Assembly (NCBI GenBank): GCA_973895155.1
Contig: OZ316896.1
Location: 248,001-312,000, forward strand
DNA from: Marsupella aquatica
Taxonomy: Eukaryota; Plantae; Marchantiophyta
Direction: 5' to 3'
Length of the DNA: 64,000 bases
The translations under genes were made by a program, and so were the position numbers. The notes beneath the pieces were generated by a model that was not told the origin of the DNA, ran no database searches, and was given only the letters and a program-made list of their open reading frames with translations. Shown one piece after another: positions 22,511 through 35,886 of this stretch (position 1 is the stretch's first letter; the number at the start of each line of letters is the position of its first letter).

Positions 22511-22663
22511 AGTAACTCACTCTCATTTATGAAAATTTCCCCACTCCTTGCACCCCCACTTCCATGCACCCAAAAGTTAAGTGACTCACTCTCATTTATG
22601 AATTGTTCCCCACTCCTTCCACTCGTTGCACTCCCACTTCCATGCACCCAAGAGTTAAGTGAC
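22511..22663. repeat. Tandem duplication, ~70-80 bp unit
   Basis: ctcactctcatttatgaa..ccacttccatgcaccca..gttaagtgac occurs twice. Confidence 0.8.
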
Positions 22664-24200
22664 AGTAGAGGGAGTGTCTAGAGGCTTCACTCTAGACCTA
22701 GGCCATCCGAGTAGGTTTGGATCGTGAATTATTAGTAAGACTGTTCTTTTCGAGTAATTGTTTCCTTAGAACAAATTTCTGCACAACACTGGTGTGCCAG
22801 ATGGCTAACTCAGGGGTAAACCCTACACATTTCCACGTAACCCCCTTTTGCCTGTTACCCACAATTACATCCCACGACAAGTTTTCCTGTGCGTGACAGC
22901 GCTATTACAGTCGACAGACTTTGCCCACTAAAGTAGATATTAGAAAGATAGAATCTGAGTCATATCTTTTGCTTATCGGTGCCTGTAGTCTGTCGAGAGC
23001 TAACTACTACTGTATCCGAGCTTAAACTTGACAAATAAAATCTTGTTATAAGTTAAAGTTAACCCTAGGTAAAGGGGTTAAGGAGTAGTTACACAACTAC
23101 CTCCCCATAACCCCACATGTGTACCAAACATTCATTATCATTAACAATGTTGGAGGTTGGAGTATCTTCTGGCTATAGTGTCCTCAATCTAACGTGTTAT
23201 CAGCACGTCTCTTCGAGCAATTTACACAGGCCGGTCATACAAGCATGAGAGCGGAGAACCATCTATCCATAGACAATTTTTTTTTCCTCGTCAATGAACA
23301 GGACCCCAGTTCAATATGAAAGTGCCAGAAATTGAATTTCAGAATCCGCCATAGATTACATATGATAAAGGTAGAATTGACAATCTGTCCTTTTAAGTCT
23401 TCTTGTTTACTTTTCGGTGTCCGTCGGAAGCTAACTACTGCCGTATCCATATCTTAAACTCGATAATGTCCAATCACCAAGTTTATCCAGCGAAACACCT
23501 ATTTCTATCCAATTCATGTCAATGAGGGCCCAACACTCCTCCCAAGAGCAATATTGATCTCTAAATGACATGGCTAGAAGGCGCATATGAAACTCAAGCA
23601 CAGCTGGAACGGGAGTCCACCAAGTCAATGGTCGACTGTGCTTCCGGACAAGTGCATCAGGCCTACCTTTCTTGTAGAACTTGGACACCACCATTCTTAA
23701 CTCTTCCAGTCATAGGTCAGTGACAGTTCAGAAAGCCAGCCTTGTTGCTTTACTAATCTGTCCACTAATTGTTGCTTCTATGCTATCACCTTCAGGAGAG
23801 AAAGAAGGTGATAAAATTGAAGGATACAGGCATTCATTCACCGATCTCGAGAATTGAGGATTAAGCCAGCTGCTATTGAGTTCAATACCTCCTACCTGTT
23901 TGCCAGATATTAGCGCTAATGATTGCTATTTACGGTGAGCTGCACGGTGATAGCAAAAAATGGAGTATGGGTGAAACAGTTTTTCAGCCTGCTAAGGGCT
24001 AGTTACAACGCCACATCGCATAATCTCACAGTTCCTGCCACAAAACTGCCATCGTCGAGGGCTGCAATAAAAACCGGCCAACAGTAATGCTTTTTCCATG
24101 TATGCCCTTCATCTAGCAACCAACGAAGTATGTTATATCTCGGCTGCCAATTAGTACTGCTATGAATTTGCTTTCGCGCCAGCGCAACAAATCAATCTGG

Positions 24201-26192
24201 TCACCAGTAATCACCACAAGAACACACGCCATCTGAAAAATGGTGAAAGCGATTTGCATCCCTCGCTATAATCTTGCGCCCTGTCACCTTAGAGATCAAC
24301 TTCGTTGCTGTATGGCAATCTGGACACACCCTAAGGTTCTTCGTTACACGAATTGGTTCTCCTCGAGGTATGTGAATCAGTCCGTAAGCAATAGCCAACT
24401 TCTCACTATGAGAGCAAATAGCTAGTTCTTTATCCTCCTCATTCATATCATGCAACACAAGCCGTGTATCAGGAATGTAGCCTTCGGCTTTCAGTTTTTT
24501 AATCAATTTATTGAGCTCAATATATATCGCCTTCGCTTCCGGATGAGATGTATCCCCTACCACAAATTCATGGGTCTTGTTATCAACTTCAATCCAGCTA
24601 CGCCCTGGCTCCTTCCGAACACCTCTCGTTCGCATCATATTGCGCACCAAAGACACGTCCTCCCACTTGCCAGCTGCAGCATAGATGTTGGAGAGAAGCA
24701 CATATGGAGCGGCATTACTGGGTTCCAACTTGAAAAGCTCGTTAGCAGCAAGTTCGCCCAGCTCCACGTTACCGTCAGATCTACAAGCTCCAAGCAAGGC
24801 TCTCCAAGTTACTACCGTTGGCTCAATTGGCATGTCATGAATGAAGTCCTTTGCTTCCTCCAAGTGCCCCGCCCGCCCAAGAAGATCCACCATGCAGGTA
24901 TAATGCAAAATGTTAGGCTCTATGCCATAATCTTGCGTCATAGCTGAAAAGAGTCTATGACCGTCATCAACAAGGCCTCCGTGACAACAGGCTGATAACA
25001 GTGCCACGAATGAATGACTGTCGGGCTTCACACCGTCTGCGGTCATTTCTCTGAAGAGTTCCAGGGCTTCATTCCCGCATCCATGTTGCGCAAGTCCACC
25101 GATCATTACAGTCCAGGCGACTACATCGCGTTTCTCCATTTTGTCAAAAACTTGTCGGGCGTCAACTATACTGCCACTCTCCGCATACATGTGAACCAGT
25201 GCCGTGCCCACACGTAAATCCGACTCCAGTCCCGCTTTCGTAGCATGGCCATGAACGTCCTTCACCCACTCCAAAGCACCCACACTTGCAGATGCATTCA
25301 GGATGCCCAGATAAGTGATTACATCTGGTTCGAAGCCTTCCCGTCTCATTTGGAGGAACAGCCGATATGCTTCCATACCATCACCACGTTCTGCATATGC
25401 TCGAATGATAACACTCCAGGTAATGACATTTCGATTGGTCAACTTTTCAAAAACTTTCCTTGCCTCAGTGATGCGTCCACATTTTGCATACATCTGTAGG
25501 AGGGCAGTCCCTACACGCACATTTGATTCAAACCCAGCATCTCGAATATGCACATGAACTTCCTTCCCCCATTTTAGAGCTAATGGGTTGGAACACGCCT
25601 TAAGGATGCTCAGATATGTGATCTCATTAGGCTGCACACCTTCTTGGCGCATTTGATTGAAAAGTTCTAGTGCAAATTCCGCATGGTGACTCTTAGCATA
25701 TCCCGCAATCATGTTGGTCCAAGTAATAACACTTTTCTTGTCAAGTTGATCAAAAACTTGACGTGCATCCAACAATCCTCCGCATTTGATATACACATTC
25801 AAGAGCGTTGTTGCCACAAATGGATTCTTATCAATTCCACTCTGGGTGATGCAATCGTGGACCTGCTTGGCCGCTGAGAGGTCTTTCTTTTGTAAGCACA
25901 TTTGCAGAACTTTAGCATAAGTGTGCCAGTCTATAGTAATGCCTCGTTGTAAATGTGCCTTCAAAACAGCAATTGTTTCACTTGTGGTACCAGCATCATG
26001 CATGTGCCGACTGCCATTCCCTTGTGCAGTGACTTGAGACCAATCTCGCGTCCCATGTTTAACTTGCGATTGTAATCTGGATTCAGTAATTAAATTCGCA
26101 CTTCCCTTAACCCATGCCGGAGTTGACCATGCATCCACCAAAAGTGCTTTTCTTGTCGTCTTATGAATGAACTCAGGTGCTCTGGGCTTCCT
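24201..26192 (-). CDS. PLS-class PPR-E-DYW organellar C-to-U RNA editing factor (main exon; true start probably in upstream exons)
   Basis: PLS repeats, PG box PGRSWIE, HSEKLA and CPDCH zinc-deaminase motifs, terminal CSCGDYW; in-frame CAG acceptor at 26195-26193. Confidence 0.96.
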   Translation of the reverse strand, partial: RKPRAPEFIHKTTRKALLVDAWSTPAWVKGSANLITESRLQSQVKHGTRDWSQVTAQGNGSRHMHDAGTTSETIAVLKAHLQRGITIDWHTYAKVLQMCLQKKDLSAAKQVHDCITQSGIDKNPFVATTLLNVYIKCGGLLDARQVFDQLDKKSVITWTNMIAGYAKSHHAEFALELFNQMRQEGVQPNEITYLSILKACSNPLALKWGKEVHVHIRDAGFESNVRVGTALLQMYAKCGRITEARKVFEKLTNRNVITWSVIIRAYAERGDGMEAYRLFLQMRREGFEPDVITYLGILNASASVGALEWVKDVHGHATKAGLESDLRVGTALVHMYAESGSIVDARQVFDKMEKRDVVAWTVMIGGLAQHGCGNEALELFREMTADGVKPDSHSFVALLSACCHGGLVDDGHRLFSAMTQDYGIEPNILHYTCMVDLLGRAGHLEEAKDFIHDMPIEPTVVTWRALLGACRSDGNVELGELAANELFKLEPSNAAPYVLLSNIYAAAGKWEDVSLVRNMMRTRGVRKEPGRSWIEVDNKTHEFVVGDTSHPEAKAIYIELNKLIKKLKAEGYIPDTRLVLHDMNEEDKELAICSHSEKLAIAYGLIHIPRGEPIRVTKNLRVCPDCHTATKLISKVTGRKIIARDANRFHHFSDGVCSCGDYW

Positions 26193-26485
26193 CTGTCAGC
26201 ATCACAACCCACGCTCAGATCTGGAAAGCCTGACTGATACAGAATAAAATCTAGGAGATTGCACGTGGTGCAACGTGCTTGTTTTTATTTCTTAAGGATT
26301 ATAATTTACAGCGAGATTTCTACGATGAAGTTCAGAAATAGATAGCAGGCCGGTAAGTCTCTTGAGTCTTACAGGTCGGATGCATGCCTACCTCCGTCCA
26401 AAGATGTATTTTCTTTTCTCCCTTGCTCTGCTGTGATCTTTGGTAACTTATAAAAGTTGTATGAATCCTTTCAGAGTAATGGCCT

Positions 26486-26950
26486 TTCCCTTCTGAAGTG
26501 ACTTGAGACCGATCTCCCGTGCAATAACTAAGATGAGATTGAAATCTGCCTTGCGGAGTCAAACTCGCCCTTGCCTTAACCCGTGCTGGGGTTGACCATC
26601 CATCCACCCAAAGTGCTTCTCTTGTCATCTTCTGATTGAACTGAGGTGATCTGGGCTTCCTCTGTCAGCACCACAACCCACGATGAGATCTGGTACCCGG
26701 ATAAAATCCAGGGGATTCCACGACGTGCAATAAAGTTTTGCTTATTTCTCGAGAACTATGTTTCCCAATGATCTTTCTACAATAAATGTTCAGACATAGA
26801 TAGCAGACCGGTAAGTCTCTCGAGTTCTAGGTTGCATTTCCCACCTCCGTCCAGAGATGTATTTCCTTGTCGCCTTTGCTCTGCTGTGATCTTTGGTACA
26901 GATAACTTGCAAAAGTTAAATGACTCCTTTTCAGCTGAGAGTAACGGCTA
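26486..26950 (-). repeat. Tandem diverged copy of the PPR gene's intron end and first ~60 codons (matches ~26010-26485)
   Basis: ORF 26332..26628 WVDGWSTPARVK..DRSQVTSEGKG parallels VDAWSTPAWVK..DWSQVTAQGNG; intronic flank also duplicated. Confidence 0.85.
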
Positions 26951-28526
26951 TCTGTCAAGAATAGAGTACAGAAACAACTGTGAAAGGCATATCCAGGTAG
27001 GTCAAGTATCAATAAGCGCATTCATACTCCGGTATTTCACTGTAACCATCGAACGAACGGGGTCAAGAGCCTCCTGAATAGGCACTAAAAACCTTCAGCC
27101 AGAGGTCCAATGTTATCCTTGGGTTGTGTACAGGATAGACTCGTAGGGCACCTTGACAGGCGTTCATTTGTAAGTTGTCTACACTGTCCTTTCTATGCTA
27201 TACACAAACCAGAATCTCAGGTTTTGGAAAAGAGACTATTTAGAATTGACTAGCCAGCATCTATAGATTGGCTCTAGACAATCCATCGTGATTAGGCACA
27301 GATGACATGAATGTGAGAGGCCTCCTCCGCCCCCCGCCTTCCCCGCCCCGATCCCTTTGCTTCCTTGGAGATGAAACAGAATCAAACTTGAAGTTAAGTC
27401 AAGTCTTCTTCGTATAGGCCTCATAGCAGAAAATTCACGCAACTGTAAATGTCACACCGTGGTGCTGGAACAAGAGTTTTTGTTTACAAGTAGGTACTCA
27501 CAACGTGGAAATCGCTCGTCAGTCCCATTACCTGAAGGCCTTGTACAAGAAGGATGGCTGATGCCAATACCAATCATACCGGAGGATGGACTCTGCAAAT
27601 CCAACGTGTTTGTTGAGAATGTATTCAAGGTCGTTTAGTCACATCAATCCAACAAAATGACATGCATACAAAATTAATCATACCTGGCTGTAGAGTGTTG
27701 CCTAAAGCGGTCCATATCCAAAATTTCCATCGAGTCAGCTCCGTTTCTGTGCCGGGAATTGAGAACTTAGTGGCACGGGAATAGAGAGCTTAATGGTACA
27801 GTTGAGAACAATATGATACCTGTTTGACAAACGTTCAAATCAGTCTAAGTAGTGCAATCTTGCAAACCCCTCAGATAAGGAAAGAAAATTCACTTGGCGA
27901 AGGCTCGGTCCGGGCAGAGGAATCTCAGCTCAACGTAACAGTTGGAAAAACCCCTAGAAACATAGGAGTAGCAGGACCTTCTCCAGGATCACTTCGTCCT
28001 GCATCAGGAATTGCTCTACTCTTTTAAGAAACATCCCAGCTTTGCCATCCAAACTTGAGAATCAAAACTACAAGTTTTTAGAGTAAAAAGTAAGAGAATG
28101 TCTTCCTTCCAAATCCCAAAGCAACCACCGTCATACCTGCACATTGCCCTCTGAAAAACGATGGCGCATGTGCTCTTGTTTATCGCCCTCCAAGACAGAA
28201 CCCTTCCAATCGAACTGTCCTGCATATCAAACGAAAAATTGACGACATTTCTTCAAAGGACTTGTGAACAAGTGATATGCAGACCGTGTAAGTAGCAGAT
28301 TGGGCAGGCTCGACAATTTCAGAACAACAAGTTGGAGCAAGTGGTACAAAATTGATCTAGATTGTGATGGGCAATAAAAGAAGCTCATAAACGGAGATAT
28401 CCTCTTAAGTTTGACGTGCGTTCAAAAAAAGGGAAATGCACATAATTGCAGGCACCAGGAGACGTGGTCCAAGAATTGAGGAGGACTTGAACCAGGATGG
28501 GGGACGAAATGTATCCCGGGCTGGAA

Positions 28527-28680
28527 AAGAGATTCTGTCCCGCTTCCTTGGGCACTGAGAGTTAAGAAGTATTGTTACCCAGCAATTTAGGGTCGAAACG
28601 CAGAAGAGATTCTGTCCCGCTTCCTTGGGCACTGAGAGTTAAGAAGTATTGTTACCCAGCAATTTAGGGTCGAAACGCAG
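28527..28680. repeat. Perfect 77-bp tandem duplication
   Basis: aagagattctgtcccgc..gggtcgaaacgcag repeated at 28527 and 28604. Confidence 0.9.
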
Positions 28681-29426
28681 AAGAACATCGAGTATAGCTA
28701 GGGCCTTACTAGGAATTCTCTGTCCGAATCCATTCAATCCCCCCTCCACGTGCGGGGTTGTGGAGGGTGAGTGTGTGTGTGGGTGGGAGTCCTGGTTTCT
28801 CCTCACCCCTCCCCGCTAGTTTGCTTTGGGGCTCTGGTCCAACCCTATCTCCCTCCTGGTACTGGGTACGATCCCCCTTGTGCGCTACCCTACATAGGTG
28901 CATGCTCCGGAGTTGATAGTCGTGTGTTGGATAGGTCAGCTTTCAACATTCAAGGCAAAAAAAAGATTCTCTGGTAGTTTTGGAGAATACAATCCACAGT
29001 TCTCGACTCATATCCCCATGGCAACCCATTTAAAACTTAATGAGGAAAGCCCTAGGAAATAACTGAATAGTGTTTTGACTGATAAAGTTAAAAAGTGCCC
29101 TTGCTATTTTGTCATCTCCAACCCTGGTGGATAGTGGTGGTTTAAAAGACATCCAGGACACATTGCCTTCTTTTCACATCCTATTCCCTTCCTCTAAGGT
29201 TAAATCTATCACATGTAATGAGTGGAGATTTATAAGTGTAATGAGTGGAAACGGCTGTAGTCAGCTTTGCAAGAACTTGGGGGGCTAATCAGGTGAAGTG
29301 TCTACCAATCCTACATGGCAAGGAGTGGGCCCAAGTACCCTAAACCCTAAACCCTAAACCAAGGAATTTGCATTTACTGAAGTTCATTTCAAAAGATTTG
29401 TGGTATCAAGTCTATGGTTAGAACAA

Positions 29427-31856
29427 CTAGCTTCGACTACCCGTTCTTTGAACGTCAATAGAGGTGAGCACAAAAAAGTGCCAAAGACAAAATGACTTAG
29501 TACAATAATAAGAGTAGTGTATGAAAAGAAAAAGGGAAACCCCACTTGAGAAAGTTTTCCATCAAGTGACAAAACTTGATGGAAAATGGTTCGTGGGGGA
29601 AAATCCTAAATTTTCTTCAAATGGTCCGTGGAAATTTGAACATAAGGTATGCTATATGGCTTGTACATGTCAACATGACATACAACAACAATACCATATG
29701 ACAACCACCATGAAGTAATTCATTGTAGAGTACATTCTCCTTGAATATGTAGAAGTGCACCCATGCGTCGTATTGCAAGTAGAATGATGGAATGTAAATA
29801 GAGTGGACTAAGCAATATAAAGCTCTTCAAATAATTCCAAGTACTAAGAAGGTTCACGTCATTGAAAGATCTAGGGTCAAGTTAGCATTGAATTGAAATG
29901 AATGAAGATATTTACTTGTTAAATGTTAAAAGAATTGATTATTAAAACTCGGAGTAGAGAAGTCGTTATGTCAATGCATGGGCTGATGCTAGTGTAATGG
30001 ATAGGCACCCTCCCATCATCATGCAATCATCTCAAAATCTCGTGGTACACAACATTCCTTGTGTAAAGGTCATCCTTATCAGGATATCCATTCCTTGCTA
30101 TCATAATGCGAATGCCATTCTGAGCACCAACCCTAGACAATGCCACATATAATTGACCATGCGAGAAAATTGGGTTTGGTAGAAATATCCCAATCTTTGA
30201 GAAGGTTTGACCTTGAGACTTATTGATGGTCACACCAAAGGCAGCATAGATAGGAAACTAAAAAATCATTGAATAGTAACCCTGAGTTGGAGGCAATAAG
30301 AGGAATGTGTGGAATAAAACACTATCTCCGATGTCTTCCCTGTGATAATTTCTGCATCTATGACATGACGCCCAAAACCACGAACTATCAAGTGAGTGTC
30401 ATAGGCTTGTCCTTTTGACCCATTCATGTTTCTCAAAAGCATGATGGGTGCAGCACCAATCTTAAAAGTCAACTTATGTAGAGGTAACCCTGATGATAAC
30501 AATGTATTGAGGAACTCTGTGGGATACATGAAGGCAGTTGCTTCATTGGGAATTGAATCTGCACTTAAAAACTCATGTTCCTGCAAAAACTCATTGATGA
30601 AAATGGTAAAGAAGTTACTAACTTTTATTGAAAGAAGTACTTTCAAGGACAACATTGAAAGTTCTTCATGTTGCTAGTGGTAAGGGATTTAGCTCTCGAG
30701 GAAAGCCACACATTACCTCCTCATTGACCTTATAGACGTCTTTGTTTGTGGTGGTCAAGATAGCTCTATCTTTTAAAAAGTTAGCATTGTTGAGGTTCAC
30801 TGGATCTGAGCCACAGATCTCCACGATAAGGTCACTAAGATGATCAATTTGTATTATCAGGTCATGCGGCAAACAAATGACATCATCACCCAAATCAGGC
30901 TCTAAAGTATAGGCAAAGTTCCCTCTCCAATTGCTAGTAACCAATCGCTAAAGCCTTGTTGCTCAAGCACCTCTTGTCCTATATATAAGAGAATCCAAAA
31001 ATGTTGTCACAAGTTTTGAATTCCAGCATTGATAATTAACTTCTTACTTGCAATTAACTTATAATTAATTGAAGTTTTGAATTCCAACATTGAGAAGTTA
31101 GTGCTAAAATAAATTAACATTTCAAAAGCTAAGGAGTGAAAATGTGATTCTAGAAGTATTATAATTATAACACACTAAGTAAGTATAAAGTATACATCTG
31201 AAACAATGATTGATAAACATACCTTCTAGTGTTTTAACTCTCATGTTCTCACTTAGCCTCATCATTTTCATCTTTGACCATATAGAAGACCTTTTGAAGG
31301 TGGCTCAAATGATGGTCGCTTGATCTCCATGCCGAACAACAAGAAGCACTTGGAAAAAATCGCCACCAAAGATCATCAATTTTCCTTCAAAATGGCAAGT
31401 TACACTTCATGATAACAGCCTCAAAGACATGTCTATGAGTCATGGGTGCTTCATCCATATGATCAATAATGTGGATTGGATCACACATGTTGTTTCACTC
31501 TCCATTACTATGCTGCACACAATCATCACAAAAATAATTATGAAAAACCAAAATTCATATAATATCCTCCAAACCAATAGCCATAAATTCCACATATTAG
31601 TATTTTTCAGGAAATCAATCTCACTATCAACACAATTTTAACTTCTTACTTGCAAGTAGAGCTTTCGTGAACAATGAGTGGAATCTTGAAATGCGAATGT
31701 GCCGTGCGACCTCCCTGTAATAAGAAGGCTGCAATCCTCGATGATGTCACGACAAGAGCGATGTGTGCCTTACATCTGACCCTTGCTAGTAAAAGATTAT
31801 ACAAAAATGTCTTTCCATTTCCACCTGGTCCATCAATAAAGAATAGATGCTCCTAG
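29427..31856 (-). mobile_element. Helitron remnant: degenerate intron-containing PIF1 helicase and candidate 3' end
   Basis: Walker A IDGPGGNGKTFLY (~31840), GDF.Q motif (~31360), YPTEFLNTL..LLRNM, TINKSQGQT..FSHGQLYVALSRV; CGTTC-AAA-GAACG hairpin 11 nt before CTAG|T at 29430-29427. Confidence 0.85.
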
Positions 31857-34800
31857 ATGAATTAAAAACCATGAATTAGATGGGAATTATTGATAGTATG
31901 AAAAAGGCAGCCCTTGAGTTTGCTTTGGTGAAAAATGTAAGTTCACAAGTGCCCACAAAGTCTTGTTGAGACCTTCAAAATGAGGACCCAAAGTTCTGTA
32001 CACTTGGCCAAGTAGAATGACTTCCCACTCAAATGGGCCTTTGCAAAAGTTCAGGCTGGTACCCAAAGTGGACATTGGGTTGGTTTTACTTTGGCTAAAA
32101 GTGTGTGTCATTGTGTAAAGTGCCTTTGAAGAGGGTAGGATAACTGATGAGCTACAACTCATCACAAAGCCACTGCATGAGAGCCTCATTGGGTCCCTGA
32201 GCAATGGCCGGTCTTGAGGAGGTGCGACTTCCTGCGAGCATGCAAGCATAGATGAAAGTGTTGTAAATCCCCATTGTGAATTTTTGATGGTTAGTCTGAG
32301 TAGATTTCTGAGGCATTAATACCCAACAGGTGAGCCCACGTAACCCCTATGCCAGCCTGGCATGGAGATTTTCAAATTTGAGTCAGGCTTTAGGGTTTGC
32401 ATCATTTTCAGTGTAAAATTTGGGATGTCATGCCATCAAAACAGTCTATAAATTTTTTTTAATACAAAGAACTAAATGACTAAACATTTCAGTTATAATT
32501 GTTTTAGTTGCAATTGTAATTTCAGCAAAAGAAAAGAATCAATCCTAGAAATGATGTGATCACAAACATTTCACCAAAAGTAATAAAAGTAACTGCTGAC
32601 CTGAGCTACACTAGTTTGCAATCTATTCGTCCTTGAGTTTCTCTTGCTCTCTTGCTAAAGCAGCGCACCATTGAAACTCATAGAATTAGACTTTTGCAAT
32701 TTTCAACTACTAGCTTTGTGGCTTAGAGCAGCCATGAAAACACATCAGCCACCTACCAGGAGAACATAGTGGTGCTGAATAAGCAGCTGTGATGTATGCT
32801 TACAAGAAAGGCTCTAAAAACAGGGGGAGGTAGGTTCTAAATTTAGCTCTCTGATAATTCAGATGTACATTTCCAATTCAAGTAGCAGTAAGAGCAGTGC
32901 TACTATATGGCAGGACACACTTCTTTGAAGTTGCTATATGGTAAATGCAACTTTCAGTATTTTGTCTTATTCAAACTTCTTTTGTTATGCATTTTTATTT
33001 CAATGTGTCTTACCAAGGTGCATCCCTTGTATAGTTTAGATTTCCAATTTATTCTGGCACCTCTCTAATTTCTTTTAAATCTTTGCTATATTTTAAGATC
33101 ATCCACCCTGTAACAAAGCTCGTTGAATTTCTAGCCCTTATTCTCATGAGGACAGAAGAAATGATCTAAATAATGTGCACACCTTATGTCTTTAACTACT
33201 ACTCATGGTTTTGTGTCCTAAATTTATGGTTTTAATTATTTTGAGTGTCATTACCTAAAGCAAGTACATAAATATCTTTACTCATGTACATTATGTGCAC
33301 ATCCCAATACCATAAACTTAAACTTTTCTGTTCATTATTATTTTTCTTTACATGTGTACTTTTATTTTTGTACCTTATGTGGCACTAGTTTCAATATCAT
33401 ATACTGTAGGTCTTCCTAGTCAATGTACTGTTTATATTTTAATTAGAACACCTGTATATCACTAAAAAACCAAAAAAATGAAGCATGTTCCGGGATGAGC
33501 ATGCTATATGGCAGGACACACTTCAGATATCTTCTCTTATTAGATTGCTTCTTACATATTTTTATGTTAATCTGGTCTATTCTATGCTTTTACTTTGTAT
33601 TTTGCTGAATTAAGTAATTTCTTCCAACCCCTTTAATTTTTTCAATTTTTTTATAGATATGCTAAACATCTACTAATTTTTTTATTATGACACCTTATCT
33701 CTTATTCCTCCATTCATAATTCATAATTCATTTATATTAAATGCACTCCTTTTTTCTCATTATAAATTTCTTGATAAGGTTATCGTGCGGACACACATCC
33801 ATACACAACTCACATCGCAACACACCATGTAAACAAGAAAAAGATACTCACATGCAAAACAACACATGTACGCCAAAATCCATAACAATCTTGTCGTATG
33901 GTCGAAAGAAAACAAAGTAACAATATAACCTTAAAAACTTGGAATTCAATCCCTTTAAGAACAGATTGGAAATAGATTGAATGAATTAACAAATTTGGAT
34001 GGATTAGAGCTCTTGCTCTAAAACTTTCAATCTCAAACAAAGAGTAAAATTAACAAAACACAAGGAAAAGATAACTCTTGAGTTATAAATCCAAAAGGAA
34101 GAAGAAATCTATGATTAGATTGGTTTTAACGTGCTACTACCACTCCTTTAGAAAGGACTTAGACTCAATATAGACAAAATTAAAACTATCAAGTCAGATC
34201 CTCTGTTTTCTTCTGGAATTATAAAGATGAAAAATAGAAGGATTCTCTTGCTCACCAAATCCACAATACATTTGTGGCTGATTTACTGAGATATGTATTA
34301 AAATGCCGTCAACATGGTTTGATTGTCAACGATATGCAATTCAAACCAAACTCTAATACATATGCCAAAGTAAAACAATGGTACTATGATACTCTGAAGA
34401 TGAAATTTTTCTCCTTCAATTCAAACATTTATCCTTGAATTAGCTAACGAATCTTGACACAACAAGCAAGCTTAGCGGTGAATTTGATAAGAATCTCAAA
34501 AGGTTATGATTAAAAATTTAGTCTCCACAAGGAATCTCCTAAATTCATTCACAATTGATAATACGTGCGTTACTTCCATACAAGACATCCTTGTTAAAAT
34601 GGAAGGTGGAAAACTTATTCATAATCTTTCTAAATAAAGTTTGTCCCCCTTGGCAATGGATAAACTGAGGGGTCTTATAGGTGTAGACTTCTAACAAAAG
34701 GGAACTGAAGGGATATAACTTTTCAAATCTCAAATATCTAAAAGGGCAGCCTCAGAAAAGATGAAGTGAGTGTGAAAAATGCAATGGACACTTCAGAAAG

Positions 34801-35096
34801 AGTCATGTTTGAGGCAGACGCTTTGCAAAGCATCGGTGTTTTTGGTAAAACAAATAAACAGTGATCTTAATCTAATTTAACTTTTAAACTAAAGTTAGAA
34901 TGAGGTTAAACTTTCCTAGGGTACTCTACTACATATAGTCTTTATGCTAGCAAAGTTTTAGATTTTTTTGAGACCTCTAAGTGCCTCAAATAAATTGGTA
35001 AAAGTGTCAAGTGTTATACAAATGGAAAACCAAAATTTTTCTAAGTGTCAGGATTTGGTGGATGCTTCACAAGGCATCGGGAATACAAAGGAACTT

Positions 35097-35700
35097 TGTC
35101 GTGCGCATACACATCGCTACACAACATACATTGCTTGTCACACATATCCAAGCATAGTCACAATCTAACGACACAAACCTAAGAGAACGATCTACAAATG
35201 GAACCCATGTCCATACATGCCCAAAACCCACAATAATCTTCTTCAATAGTGCAAATCAAACAACGATCGGTGCTAATCCAACAACGATCCCATCCGACGC
35301 GATCACACATGTATGTCAAGCCCAACGCACCTTGTGCTTCAAGGAATCCACGTTACATGCACACAACCTGGTCAGCCACACCATAGCCACCAAGCTCATG
35401 CTCAAAGGCTCAACATTGAAAGATGAGGCCTTTGAGCCAACACAAGGGGATAACTATCCCTCACACCAACTCAAACTAAACATAGTGCTCATATAACACA
35501 CATACAAAACCTCTATACCTAGATAGTACGATATACTTTACTACCACTCTAAATGGTGTCACAGATGTCGTGCGCATATACATCGCTACACAACATACAT
35601 CGCTTGTCACACATATCCAAGCATAGTCACAATCTAACGACACAAACCTAAGAGAATGATCTACAAATGGAACCCATGTCCATACATGCCAAAACCCACA
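35097..35700 (-). repeat. LTR region with ~135-bp TG..CA direct repeats (35097-35232 and 35566-35700)
   Basis: Two near-identical copies tgtcgtgcgcat..aaaacccaca separated by ~330 bp. Confidence 0.8.
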
Positions 35701-35886
35701 ATCGCCCCCCTAGCTGGGAGTGAGGTCCCCTAACTCTAGCTAGCCATGAGTTCTACAAGGTTGATGTAGGGTTTAGGGTTTAGGGTTTAGGGTGAAGATC
35801 AAGAGGCCGGGTGTGAAGTGAGCCCCATCGATCACCTACCTGCAATCTATATCTTCCACGAGAACACAAATGATAACTAGTCGGCA

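Noticed and set aside
32000-35090. AT-rich block with a 22-bp direct repeat (~32903 and ~33504)
   Set aside because: No termini or coding motif that I can support.
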